Below are positions 9,501-19,816 of a stretch of DNA of 64,000 nucleotides, piece by piece. The stretch's first letter is position 1. Every line of letters begins with the position of its first letter. Location: assembly GCA_963666975.2 (NCBI GenBank), contig CAXVYR010000004.1:352001-416000 (forward strand). Reading direction: 5' to 3'. The notes under the pieces are model-generated. The model saw nothing but the letters and a program-made list of their open reading frames with translations. It had not been told where the DNA came from and searched no databases. Source of the DNA: Terriglobia bacterium (lineage in GTDB: Bacteria; Acidobacteriota; Terriglobia; 2-12-FULL-54-10). Made by a program: the position numbers and the translations under genes.

Positions 9501-11762
9501 AACGACAACGACGGGGACTGGCTGTCGGTGAACCCGGGCAGCGGAACCGCGCCCTCCACCCTTTTGATTACCGCAGACCCATCCGGCCTCGCGCCTGCCA
9601 CTTATCAGGGCACCGTCACGGTCACGATAGTCACGATACCCAGCGCCGACCCTTCCTCCCGGATCGTCCCGGTCACCCTGATAGTGGAGGAAGCAGTAAC
9701 TGCCAGCTTGGCGGTACGACCGGGCAATCTTCGCTTCCCGTTTGTGCTCGAGGCGGAGGCTCTTACAAAGCGGATCGGAGTTTTCAACGAAGGCACAGCC
9801 TCTTTGGATTTTGAGGCGACACCCGGCACTCTCTCCGGTGGCGCCTGGCTGACGGTCGCACCTGCCAGCGACACCGCCACGCTGGATACTCCGAGTGCAG
9901 TGGCCGTAACGGCCAACCCCGGCGGATTGACTGCCGGGACTTACCGCGGGGTGGTAACTGTTTCCAGTTCTACCACCGGGCAGAGCACTACAGTGCCTGT
10001 GACCATGACGATTAGCGGCGTTGAGCAGTTACTCCGGCTATCGCAGCGAGGCTTGACGTTCCGGTCCGTTGTGGGCGGCGCGGCTCCTCCCTCGCAGAAC
10101 TTCGGGGTCGGCAACAATGGACGGGGGAGATTGAACTGGACGGCGGACCCCTCAACGCTCTCGGGCGGCAACTGGCTCACGGTGAGCCCCACCAGCAACT
10201 TTACCGACGCGGGCTCTGGGAGTGTTCCGCAGGTGGAAGTCAGCGTTAATCCAGCGAACCTCGCTGCGGGAGAGTACTACGGGCAGGTGCAGGTGTCCTC
10301 ACCGGAGGCCGACAACTCACCGCAGGTGGTTTCCGTCGTCCTGAATGTATTGCCGGCGGGCAGCGATCCGGGAGCGGTGGTGCGGCCTGCCGGGGTGGTC
10401 TTCACAGGGATTGCCGGAGGAAGCGATCCAACCTCGCAGACCATCACAGTGTCGAATCTGACCGACAGTTCGAAGACATTTGTCTCCGGCCGGTTCACCT
10501 CGGACGGTTCGGACTGGTTCACGCAGTCGCCGACCAGCGGCACGGTGGGGTTGTCTCCCCCGGTCTCAATCGTCATTCAGCCCCGCATCGCCGGTCTGAC
10601 GGCCGGAGTGCGACGAGGGACGCTGACCCTGGCGTTCGGCGACGGCTCGGTGCGGACGGTAGAGATGGCGCTGGTGCTGGCCGACACCAGCGGAGCGCCG
10701 CAACGCGTGCCGCCCATAGCGCGGCTGGCCGGCTGTACCCCGACGGCATTGCTGCCGGTGTTCACCTTGCTGGGCAACCAGTTCAACGTCTCGGCGGCAT
10801 GGCCGGTTCCGATTGAGACGCTGGTGGTCGACGACTGCGGCGACCCGCTGATCAATGGCTCGGTGTTGCTGACCTTCTCCAACGGCGACCCGCCGCTGCC
10901 GCTTCAAACGCTGGCCGGCGGCCGATGGAGCGGGACATGGCAGGCGCGCAATGCCGGGGTGAGTGAGGTCACGATCACGGTGACGGCAGCGATTCCCGGC
11001 ACTGCAATCCAGGGAACAACGCAGCTTGTGGGCGGATTGCAGGCTAACCCGAGTATCCCGTATGTGGGAGGGGGTGGCGTGGTGAGCGCGGCCAGCTTCG
11101 CGGCGCTGGTTCCAGCCTCGCCGGGCAGCATGATCTCGATCTTCGGAGTGGAGATGGCCGATGGGATTGGACGTTCGCTCTCTATTCCTCTGTCCACATC
11201 GCTGGCGGGCGCTACGGTGCTGCTGGGCGGGCAAACCCTCCCGCTGCTGTTCACCAGCGCAGGCCAAATCAACGCGCTGGTTCCTTACGGGATTGCCACC
11301 AACACCGAGCATCAATTAGTGGTCCAGCGGGGAGCAAGCTTTACGGTGCCGGAACCGGTGACGGTGGCAGCAGCCCAACCGGCGGTCTTCACCATCAACC
11401 AGCAGGGCACTGGCCAAGGAGCGGTGCTGAACCAGGACTTCTCGTTCAACTCGGCCGAGAACCCGGCGGCGATCGGCGCGGTGGTGCAGTTGTTCTGCGC
11501 CGGGTTGGGAGAGGTAAACCCGCCGGTAGAGGCGGGCGCAGCCGCGCCCTCTTCCCCTCTCGCCAGGACGGTGGACGAAGTCACGGTCACTATTGGTGGC
11601 GTGTCTGCGCAGGTGGACTTTTCCGGCTTGGCTCCGAACTTTGCGGGGTTGTATCAGGTCAACGCCGTGGTCCCGGCGGGCGTGACGCCCGGCAACGACG
11701 TGCCGGTGGTCCTCAGCGTCGCCGGGCAGAGCAGCCCCACTGTCACCATTGCCGTTCAGTAA
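6577..11762 (+). CDS. Large secreted/surface protein: SBBP beta-propeller repeats, Ig/BACON-like domains, Solibacter-type (TIGR03437-like) C-terminal domain; frameshifted at the G10 tract 6807-6816
   Basis: Signal peptide and [28 protein letters not shown] in the frame of 6577; continues as EAVLALR... in the frame of 6633. Seven YST(Y/F)LGG...IA(V/L)D..G.AYVTG-type repeats; C-terminal [17 protein letters not shown]. Confidence 0.85.
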
Positions 11763-11888
11763 GATGGCCGTGCAGGGATCTGGCAGCACTCCATCTTGGG
11801 TCGGAACCTGAGTTTGGAAGTTGAAATCCTTTTTGTCCCGGCCATTGTTTTCGGGTGGTAGTCTTTCTCATGGGGCAATCTGAGCGGA

Positions 11889-12707
11889 ATGGGACCGCCG
11901 GCCATGGAAAGCAAATCTCCGCAGTTCAATGCGCAAGAGATGGCGGAACAGGCCCGCACGTCCAGCGGCACTCAACTGGAGAACCTGCTGTACCACCGCT
12001 CGCGAGACGTGCTGGAGGCATTGCTGGAGAACACACACTTGGGCGAGCAGCAATTGGCGGTATTGCTGGCCCGCAGAGACCTCCCCCGCGAAATTGTGAC
12101 GAGGATCGCACAGAACAAGGATTGGATGCGAAGCTATTCCCTGAAGGTGTCGGTCGTGATGCACCCGCGCGCGCCCCGGCACCTGACGGTTCCTCTGCTG
12201 AAGTTTCTCTATCTGTTTGACCTGCTTGCGCTTGCTGCTGCAACCGGTGTTCCGGCGGAATTAAAGCGGATGGCCGAAAATGCCATTCTATCCCAGAGAG
12301 AGGGCATTGCGCTGGGGCAGCGGATTTCCCTCGCCCGTCGTGGCTCCACGCGAATCGCGGGAAGCTTGCTAGCCGATACCGATCCGAAAGTGCTTGCGGC
12401 CGCTCTGGAGAATCCTTCGCTCACGGACTATTCGGTCGCCGCGGCGTTGTTACAGGGATCAGCAACCAGCCATCTGACCGATGCCGTGATCGTACACTCT
12501 CGCTGGGCTATGAGGCATCCCGTCAAGCTGGCCCTGCTTCGCAGTCCACACCTTTCGCTGGCCCGCCTCATGGGCATACTGTCAGAGCTATCCCTGGGGG
12601 ATCTATCCGACCTGGCCGCTGACCCTCGCGTCGCAAACAACATCCGGGGATATGCCGCCAGGACACTGCGAGCCCGCCGTTCCCTTATGAAAGCAAAACA
12701 TTTATAA
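11889..12707 (+). CDS. Conserved hypothetical all-helical protein (leucine-rich-variant-like)
   Basis: 272-aa ORF with repeated ALLENP/VVMHP-type helical units. Confidence 0.65.
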   Translation: MGPPAMESKSPQFNAQEMAEQARTSSGTQLENLLYHRSRDVLEALLENTHLGEQQLAVLLARRDLPREIVTRIAQNKDWMRSYSLKVSVVMHPRAPRHLTVPLLKFLYLFDLLALAAATGVPAELKRMAENAILSQREGIALGQRISLARRGSTRIAGSLLADTDPKVLAAALENPSLTDYSVAAALLQGSATSHLTDAVIVHSRWAMRHPVKLALLRSPHLSLARLMGILSELSLGDLSDLAADPRVANNIRGYAARTLRARRSLMKAKHL

Positions 12708-12974
12708 TATAAGTGACGGCTAGCGGGACGGTCCCCGCGAAAGAAACAGTCCGAGTGGAGTCCGGTTCGAGCTTTTGAGGCAAGGGAATCACCGAAGGCC
12801 AGAGTAAGGCTCCGAGCCTTTTGTCGCGCTGACCGAGATACGGGCTTGCGAATTGGATTTCTCTGGCTATAATTACGGGGGAAGTTTTTCGGCTGGTTTC
12901 AAATTGAATTAGTTTTGCCTTGAGCAAACTCAGGATAATTACCTGGCAAACTTAGGAAAAAGGCGGCATCTGCT

Positions 12975-14294
12975 ATGAAGAGGGGAAACATTCTTTGTGC
13001 GTTGATCATAACAACTTTGTTTTGCGGCTGGATGACGGTCCTGCCTGGCGCTCTTGCGGCGCAGGAGCAGGGCGCGGCCCAGCAAGAATCGCCTTGGAAG
13101 GACCGCGCCGAGTACGACGCCTACAATGCAATGGCTCAGGCAACGGACCCCGATCAGCAAATCGAGCTCGCGGATAAATATCTGGCAGATTACCCGGAGA
13201 CGAAGTTCGGTGACAAAGTGCTCGAATTCAAGCTGCAAGCCTACCAGCAACTCAATAACAGCGAGCTGATACAAGAAACCGCCACCAAGCTGCTGGAAGT
13301 CAAACCGGACTATTTCCATGCTCTTTACCTGCTCAGCTATTTGTTGCCCCGGACCATCAATGTGCAGGATGCGAGCATGAGCCAGAAGCTGGACCGCGCC
13401 GAAGACTACGCCCGGCGGGGTCTCCAGGAAGTGGGCAACCTCCCCCAGCCGGAAGGCGTCTCAGCCCAGGATTTTCAGAAGCAAAAAGATCAAGCCACAG
13501 CGGTGTTTCACCAAACCGCCGGGTTCGTGGCACTGCAGAAGAAAAACTATTCGCAGGCCGAGCAGGAGTTGCACCAAAGCGCGGAGATGAATCCCACTGA
13601 TTCTCTCGGCTTCTACTGGCTGGGTCTTGCCTATCTTTCTCCCCAGCCGGCAAAACATGATCCGGGCATGTGGGCGCTAGCCCGGGCCGTTTCAATTTCC
13701 GGCCCCAGTGCCCTGCCACCCGCAACCAAGACCACTGTTCAGAAATATCTCAACGATGTATACGACGCGCGGCATGGCTCCACCGAGGGTCTGGACGAGG
13801 TGCTGGCACAAGCCGCCTCCTCTCCCTTCCCGCCGCCGGACTTTCACGTTATGACAGTGCAGGAATCACCGGAGTACATAGCCCAGCAGGAGGCGTTGAA
13901 GCAGGAAGAGTTGAGGCAGGAGAAGTTGAGGCAGGAGGCATTGGCGAGGGAGGCGTTGATAGCGGAACTCACTACCTTTGACGTCATCGCGGAATATCTG
14001 GCGGGAGGCGGAGAAAAAGCGGCCGCCACCTGGGAGATTCTGGAGGGGCAAAACCTGGAATTGCCCGGGAGAGTTGTGGGCGATTATGCTGTGGACTCTT
14101 CTTCTATCAAGCTGGCGGTTTCACCTGCGGTCATGGGCCAGGAAGGAAAGCACGACTTGGAGGTAACACTAACCTCGCGCTTGACGGAGCCTCTCAAGAG
14201 AAACACGGATATCAAGGTCGATGGCAAGCTCGATTCCTACACGAGCAAGCCGTTTCTGGTACGGTTCATCGAAGGGAAGATCACTTCCCGATAA
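12975..14294 (+). CDS. Secreted TPR-containing protein
   Basis: Signal peptide, TPR-like helices (ALYLLS, A..ELHQSAEMNPTD..GFYWLGLAY) and a short coiled-coil repeat (QEALKQEELRQEKLRQEALAR). Confidence 0.75.
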   Translation: MKRGNILCALIITTLFCGWMTVLPGALAAQEQGAAQQESPWKDRAEYDAYNAMAQATDPDQQIELADKYLADYPETKFGDKVLEFKLQAYQQLNNSELIQETATKLLEVKPDYFHALYLLSYLLPRTINVQDASMSQKLDRAEDYARRGLQEVGNLPQPEGVSAQDFQKQKDQATAVFHQTAGFVALQKKNYSQAEQELHQSAEMNPTDSLGFYWLGLAYLSPQPAKHDPGMWALARAVSISGPSALPPATKTTVQKYLNDVYDARHGSTEGLDEVLAQAASSPFPPPDFHVMTVQESPEYIAQQEALKQEELRQEKLRQEALAREALIAELTTFDVIAEYLAGGGEKAAATWEILEGQNLELPGRVVGDYAVDSSSIKLAVSPAVMGQEGKHDLEVTLTSRLTEPLKRNTDIKVDGKLDSYTSKPFLVRFIEGKITSR

Positions 14295-14495
14295 GAAGGC
14301 CTGTAAGATCTGTGTTCTGAATCCAGGGCGGCTCCGTTCGCCCTGGAATGACTCATGCCCCTGGAGCCTAGGAAATCAGGCTCTTTCAACTCCGATACTA
14401 TTGTTCTATCTTGTTTCCTTTTTCCAATTTTTTAGACCACTATTAGGGTTTCCGTAGACCCTATCCTGATGGGGAGAGACAACCGCCCCTTTTGC

Positions 14496-14648
14496 TGTCA
14501 TCCTGAGCAACGCGAAGGATCTGCTTGTCTTTCGTTTGGAGTGAAAGCTGCTCGGACAAGCAGATTCTTCGGGCCGAACCGCATCGGCCCCTTCGGCAAG
14601 CTCCCTTCGACTTCGCTCAGGGCAGGCAGGGCAGGCTCTCAGAATGAC
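14496..14648. repeat. REP-like palindromic element containing two nested 23-24 bp CCCTTCG..GCTCAGGGCAGG units
   Basis: Arms TGTCATCCTGAG..GAAGGATCTGCTTGTC / GACAAGCAGATTCTTC..CTCAGAATGAC; nested units at 14589-14635. Confidence 0.8.
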
Positions 14649-14775
14649 CCCACGTATACGCTCTAATGATGCGGATGCACTCGGAAAACCATGCCGGCGG
14701 CAAAGCGCTGCCAGCAGAACACTGAAAATAGCGCCGGTTCGTTTTGTGCCAGAAGCCGGGAAATGCGGAGAGGAA

Positions 14776-15030
14776 TTACTTTTTAGCGGATTTGGATTTG
14801 TTCGCCTTTGCCGTGCGATGGCCGTTCCTGCTGCTGAGCTTGTACTCCTCCATCTTTCTGCCCAAGGTGTTCCGGTGGATTCCTAACGCTTTAGCCGACT
14901 GGGATTGATTGCCGCGGTTGTTTTCCAGGACTCTGTAGATATATCTTTTTTCGAACTCAGACATAGCGTCAAGGAAAAACATACCGCTGTCCACCATCTG
15001 CGCGATCAGCCGCTCCATTTGATCTTTCAC
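14776..15030 (-). CDS. Fis-like HTH_8 DNA-binding protein
   Basis: EFEKRYIYRVLENNRGNQSQSAKALGIHRNTLGRKM; GTG start with RBS AAGGAG. Confidence 0.85.
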   Translation of the reverse strand: MKDQMERLIAQMVDSGMFFLDAMSEFEKRYIYRVLENNRGNQSQSAKALGIHRNTLGRKMEEYKLSSRNGHRTAKANKSKSAKK

Positions 15031-15072
15031 ATGCGCTCCTTCAGGAGAGTGATTGCTTTTCTTCCAAATTCC

Positions 15073-16044
15073 TTATCCTGACCCATTCCAAGCGAGGCCA
15101 GCCGCAGAACCTTCCGGCAGCCGTCCAGGCCGCTGCCGCTCATTCAATTCATGTCCCGTCAACAGCCGGAAAATCTCCAGGTATTTTAAGGCTGTTTGCT
15201 CCACCACCTCCGGGGGCAGGGTGGGAGCAGGCGGCAGCTTATTCCAGCCAATGGATGCCACATAATCGCGCACATATTGCTTATCGAAAGAGGGCTGTGA
15301 GCCTCCCGGCCGGTAACCCTCCCGAGGCCAGAAGCGGGAAGAGTCCGGTGTAAGCACTTCGTCGATCAGCAAAATTCCCGCCTCGTCGATTCCAAACTCG
15401 AATTTGGTGTCCGCCAGGAGAATGTCGCGGCTTTCGGCGTGCTGGGCCGCTCGCTGATACAGGGCCAGGCTGCAATCCCGCAACTGCTCCGCCCGGCTCC
15501 GGCCGATTTGATCCGCCATATGCTCAAAAGAGATGTTCTCGTCGTGGCCGGATTGCGCTTTGCTGGCGGGAGTGAACACCGGCTCGCTGAGCCGTTCCGA
15601 CTCCCGCAACCCCGCGGGCAACGCCAGCCCGCCCGTGGAGCCGGTGGCTTGGTAATCTTTCCAGCCAGATCCGGAAATATAACCGCGCACCACGCATTCA
15701 ATCAGCACGGGGCGGGCCGCCTGAACCAGCATCGAGCGGCCCGATAGCTGGCTGCGATATGGACGGAATTGCTCCGGATAGTCATTAGGGTTTGCCGACA
15801 GAAAATGATTCGGAACAATGTCGCGCAACATCTCAAACCAAAAAATGGAGAGCCGCGTGAGGACCTCTCCTTTCCAGGGAATTCCAGTCCCCAGCACGCT
15901 GTCATAGGCCGAAATGCGGTCCGTCGCCACCATCACCAGGCGATCCCCGGCCCGATACATATCCCGGACCTTGCCTTGCGAGACAAGCTCGGCCCCCGGA
16001 AGGTCCGTGCTGAGTATGACTGGGCTCGAAAGTATCTTGCTCAC
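15073..16044 (-). CDS. purC: Phosphoribosylaminoimidazolesuccinocarboxamide synthase
   Basis: GKVRDMY, ATDRISAYD, ECVVRGYISGS, GHDENI, ADTKFEFG, DEVLTPDSSRFW, FDKQYVR. Confidence 0.97.
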   Translation of the reverse strand: MSKILSSPVILSTDLPGAELVSQGKVRDMYRAGDRLVMVATDRISAYDSVLGTGIPWKGEVLTRLSIFWFEMLRDIVPNHFLSANPNDYPEQFRPYRSQLSGRSMLVQAARPVLIECVVRGYISGSGWKDYQATGSTGGLALPAGLRESERLSEPVFTPASKAQSGHDENISFEHMADQIGRSRAEQLRDCSLALYQRAAQHAESRDILLADTKFEFGIDEAGILLIDEVLTPDSSRFWPREGYRPGGSQPSFDKQYVRDYVASIGWNKLPPAPTLPPEVVEQTALKYLEIFRLLTGHELNERQRPGRLPEGSAAGLAWNGSG

Positions 16045-16075
16045 GGGAAATAAGCTCTTAACATGCGGCGGGCTA

Positions 16076-16103
16076 ATTTTAAGCGAGCGGAGTTATTTGT
16101 CAA
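16076..16103 (-). promoter_or_regulatory. Sigma70 promoter of purC
   Basis: Minus strand TTGACA-N16-TAAAAT, 31 bp upstream of the start codon. Confidence 0.6.
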
Positions 16104-16175
16104 TAGATTTTTTTTGCTCCGCAATTTAGCCTGGAATTGGGGGGGGGGGGAAGTCTCGCAGCCGTGCGAGGAAGC

Positions 16176-17042
16176 CTAACGGGCGGCTTCCGCGTGATCC
16201 TCGCTGGAATCTTCAAACTCTATCTGCGGCGCATCCGAAATCAGTCCTTGCTCATGCCCCATTTGCAAAAGTTTCTGAATCGCTTCCCGCCCCTGCCGGC
16301 CATAGTCCAGAGTATAGTCGTTTACATACATCCCGACGAAACGGTCGGCCAGAGGGGTTTCCATGCCCCGGGCAAACTGCAAGGCATAGGCCAGCGCCTC
16401 CTCCCGGTAATCCAGCGCATACTGGATGCTGCCCCGAACGATGGTGGCGATCTCCTTGCGAACAGGCCCGGGCAAGGCTTTGCGCACCGCGTTGCCGCCG
16501 AGCGGAAGGGGAAGACCGAATTTCTCCTTCCACCAAACGCCCAAATCCAAAACGCGATGCAAACCGTCCTGGTTGTAGGTAAGCTGTCCCTCGTGGATCA
16601 ACAGGCCCGCATCGACGCTGTTCTCCTTCACGGCATCGATAATCTGATCGAAAGGCACCACGACGGGCTGGAAGTCCGGCTGATACAGCTTCAACACCAG
16701 AAAGGCGGTGGTGAGCGTGCCGGGGATGGCTATTTTTTTTCCCCGCAACTGCTCCGGCGTATGGCTGCGGGCGCTCACCAGAATCGGGCCGTACCCATCT
16801 CCCATGCTGCTGCCGCAAGGCAGCAGAGAGTACAGCTTCGAGATATAGGGAACCGCATGAAAGGAGACGGCGGTAATGTCCCATACCCCTTCCCTGGCCT
16901 GCTGGTTGAGGGTCTCAATATCCATCAGATGATGGCGGAAAAGAAGCGTCTCCGACTCCACCTTGTTGGCGGCCAGAGCGTAGAACATAAAGGCGTCATC
17001 CGAGTCCGGACTGTGCGCGAGCGTAATTTCACGTTTTGCCAT
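16176..17042 (-). CDS. mqnD: 1,4-dihydroxy-6-naphthoate synthase (futalosine menaquinone pathway)
   Basis: LAHSPDSDDAFMFYAL, DIETLN, GDGYGP, IPGTLTTA, GLLIHEGQLTY, LPLPLG, FVGMYVND. Likely start ATG 17042. Confidence 0.88.
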   Translation of the reverse strand: MAKREITLAHSPDSDDAFMFYALAANKVESETLLFRHHLMDIETLNQQAREGVWDITAVSFHAVPYISKLYSLLPCGSSMGDGYGPILVSARSHTPEQLRGKKIAIPGTLTTAFLVLKLYQPDFQPVVVPFDQIIDAVKENSVDAGLLIHEGQLTYNQDGLHRVLDLGVWWKEKFGLPLPLGGNAVRKALPGPVRKEIATIVRGSIQYALDYREEALAYALQFARGMETPLADRFVGMYVNDYTLDYGRQGREAIQKLLQMGHEQGLISDAPQIEFEDSSEDHAEAAR

Positions 17043-17065
17043 TGTGGACCTGGAAGTATATACCG

Positions 17066-18736
17066 TCACTTGCTGAGAGAAAAGTTCCCGATCATCAAGT
17101 GATCCATCCCGGAGCAGTAAAAACTGCGGACCGCATCCCGGGGAGAACAAACCAGCGGCTCCCCGAACAGATTGAAAGAGGTGTTAAACAGTACAGGCAC
17201 TCCCGTGGCCTTTCCGAATGCATCCAGCAGCTCCCAGAAGAGCAGGTTGATTTTGCGCTTCACAATGTGGACTCGAATCCGCTCGGAGGGAGGTTGCGAC
17301 TTCCCTTCCCCTGCCCGCCGGCCGTCTAATAAGTTGGCGGCAAAGGTTTGGCGGTGCGCAGCTTTCACGCGGCCCACGGTAGCCAGGAATTCAGCCATCG
17401 GCCCGCACTCAAAAAACTCTCCGGCATGTTCTTCCGTCACCGAGGCCGCAAAAGGCCGGAACTTTTCCCGGTGCTTTACATACTGGTTGAGATTCTCGCT
17501 GACATAGGGACCCAGGGGTGAAGCCAGAATGCTGCGGGAACCCAGGGCCCGCGGACCAAACTCCATCCGCCCTTGAAACCAGCCCAGAATACGGTTCGCC
17601 CGGAGCTCCTCTACGGCGGCCGATATCAGGTCCTGGCGTGTCCGCAAATAGCGAAAGCTTAATTTGCAGTTTTCCAGCACGTCCTTGATCTCGGAGATGG
17701 AGTACTCCGGTCCGTAGTAGAGGTGCTCCATACGGGAGCGCGTGGAAATTCCCAGCAGCGAGTGCGCACAATAGAGCGCCGCGCCCAGAGCGTTGCCGGC
17801 GTTTCCAGCCGCCGGCTGCACAAAGAGCCCCTCAAATAAGTCCGCTGTTTCCAGTTTTTCCACCAGCAAGGAGTTCAGAGCCACTCCGCCGGCCAGGCAT
17901 AGATTCTTTACTTTGTGGCGGGAGACCAACTGGGAGCAAAGTTCCGTTACGGTTTCTTCCATCACCTGCTGCACACTGGCAGCCAAGTCAGACCGGGAGG
18001 ATTCCTCCAGTGGGTTTTCCGGATCCAAGCCCGCCGCGTGGAAAAACTTCTCCGCAAAGCCTCCCCGGTCACGACGCCCTGCTTCAAAATAACTCTGATC
18101 CAAACTCAGCAAGGAGTCCTTCTCCCGGCGGAGCATGCTGCGGAAAACCGGGGCGAAAACGGGTTTGCCACAGGTGCTCAGCCACTGGAGCTTGTGCTCG
18201 TCCCCGCTGGCGCTAAAACCGACCAGCTCAGCGGTCCGGCTGAACAAGTTGCCCAGCGAGTCCGGAAAATAAGAATCCTCGACCGGCTCCAGAACCGTCC
18301 CCCGCGCCAGCGAAAGACTCCCGGTCTTCATGTCGCCACTTCCGTCCAGCGTCAGGACGGCGGCCTGCTCGAAGGGCGACGGAAAATAAGCGGCAGCGGC
18401 ATGGCAGAGGTGATGATCCAGGACCACAATTTTGCTGGACGGGAACTCCTGCTTCAGCCGCTTGGGAATCCAGAACTCCTCAAAACCGCGCTCGCTCGAT
18501 TCCCCATAGACAGGCCGCGCCAGGACCACATAGTCAATCTGCTCCGGGCGCAAACGGGCGGCCTCCAGGCAATAGCGCATGGCGTTGACCGGAAGGCCGG
18601 GCACCCGCCGCACCCGCACCAATTTTTCCTCTTCGAGCGCGGCGGCCACATCGGCGCCGCGCAGCAGGGCGGCAGCGGCGTCGTGGGTGCTTCCTGAGAT
18701 TCCTAGAATATTGGGCGCTGGGGTTGGGTCCGCCAT
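17066..18736 (-). CDS. Carbamoyltransferase (NodU/CmcH/TobZ family), divergent
   Basis: ILGIS..HDAAAAL, DHHLCHAAAAYF, LDGSGD, LCLAGGVALN, FQGRMEFGPRALGSRSILA, FRPFA, FNTSFNLFGEP. Confidence 0.9.
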   Translation of the reverse strand: MADPTPAPNILGISGSTHDAAAALLRGADVAAALEEEKLVRVRRVPGLPVNAMRYCLEAARLRPEQIDYVVLARPVYGESSERGFEEFWIPKRLKQEFPSSKIVVLDHHLCHAAAAYFPSPFEQAAVLTLDGSGDMKTGSLSLARGTVLEPVEDSYFPDSLGNLFSRTAELVGFSASGDEHKLQWLSTCGKPVFAPVFRSMLRREKDSLLSLDQSYFEAGRRDRGGFAEKFFHAAGLDPENPLEESSRSDLAASVQQVMEETVTELCSQLVSRHKVKNLCLAGGVALNSLLVEKLETADLFEGLFVQPAAGNAGNALGAALYCAHSLLGISTRSRMEHLYYGPEYSISEIKDVLENCKLSFRYLRTRQDLISAAVEELRANRILGWFQGRMEFGPRALGSRSILASPLGPYVSENLNQYVKHREKFRPFAASVTEEHAGEFFECGPMAEFLATVGRVKAAHRQTFAANLLDGRRAGEGKSQPPSERIRVHIVKRKINLLFWELLDAFGKATGVPVLFNTSFNLFGEPLVCSPRDAVRSFYCSGMDHLMIGNFSLSK

Positions 18737-18913
18737 GTGCTAGTCGCTCGTCTTCTCCTGCTGCCCGGCCCCTGCCTCTCCACAGGAGCGCCTTCGCAGC
18801 CTCTGCCGCTGCGTGCTAGGGAAATTGCCTGCAAGGGATTCGGCAAGAGAGCCGGAACCGCTTCGAGGATTACTCTGCAATGGAATGCAACGGAACCAAC
18901 AGGCCGGCAGGAA

Positions 18914-19501
18914 TTACTTCCTTTGGGTCTCCCAATCGTAATTTATGTCTGAGTCATTCCAGGGCAGTCGTCCCTCGTCGGAGGAATCATAAAACTGGTC
19001 CGTTGCGTAAACCAGCAACGCCTGCTCTGTGCCCAGCACCTTATACCCATGTCCCACACCGGGCGGAATGCGGATTTGCAACGGCCTCATCATCCCGGCA
19101 TAAATGGTGTTCAGCCGCCCAAAGGTAGGAGAATCCGTTCGCAAGTCGTATAGCATGACCTGCAACATGCCTGCAACCGGCATCCACAAGTCCGTCTGCT
19201 TGAGGTGGTAGTGGATCGCTTTGACAGTGCCCGGAAAAGATAGCGCAGCCGATATTTGCAACTTCCCCCCGGAAGCGAAGCCCCCGGCCAAGCCCTGTTC
19301 CGAGCGGAATAACTCCTGAAAACAACCACGGTCATCGGGCCAGAGCATTCCGCAAGCCACCCGGACTCCCTCAATCAGTTCCCTGGAATCCGGTGAATGA
19401 ATGACCTGTCCGAGCCCGCCGTCTCCACTGCGAACTACAGCCAACTCCATGGTTGCTGATTCCGCCACGGGCCTCAGTTCTCTCTGCGACACCACCTTCA
19501 A
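18914..19501 (-). CDS. rmlC: dTDP-4-dehydrorhamnose 3,5-epimerase family protein
   Basis: DDRGCFQE, AIHYH..QTD, DLRTDSPTFG, IPPGVGHGY. Start may be ATG 19450. Confidence 0.8.
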   Translation of the reverse strand: MKVVSQRELRPVAESATMELAVVRSGDGGLGQVIHSPDSRELIEGVRVACGMLWPDDRGCFQELFRSEQGLAGGFASGGKLQISAALSFPGTVKAIHYHLKQTDLWMPVAGMLQVMLYDLRTDSPTFGRLNTIYAGMMRPLQIRIPPGVGHGYKVLGTEQALLVYATDQFYDSSDEGRLPWNDSDINYDWETQRK

Positions 19502-19816
19502 GCTAACGCGCTCCTCATTTGTAAACAGCAGGTGTAAACAGCAGGCTCCATCCTACCACAGTTGTTACTGCCACAGACTTCCAGGAAAGCCCTGATCGCA
19601 TTGTTTCCTGCCTATTCGTGGCATCTTGCGAATCCTCTGTGAATTTGTAGGCAGGGTCCCGCCGGAAGATGTTTTAAGAAATTTGGCCCGGCTCATTCCG
19701 TCCCATTCTGAAACATTTTCCCATTATGGTCCGAATCGAAAAGCTTCTCCTTAGCCGGAACAACAGAAACATCAAATGTATTCAACAGGTTACGGCTGGC
19801 AATGGAAGTCTAAGGT

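Noticed and set aside
12697-12717. AACATTTATAATATAAGTGAC, similar to the MITE terminal repeat at 29620
   Set aside because: Needs two indels to align, is AT-rich, and has no partner repeat; chance similarity cannot be excluded.
16137-17102. 321-aa plus-strand ORF starting in the G12 tract
   Set aside because: Antisense shadow of mqnD.
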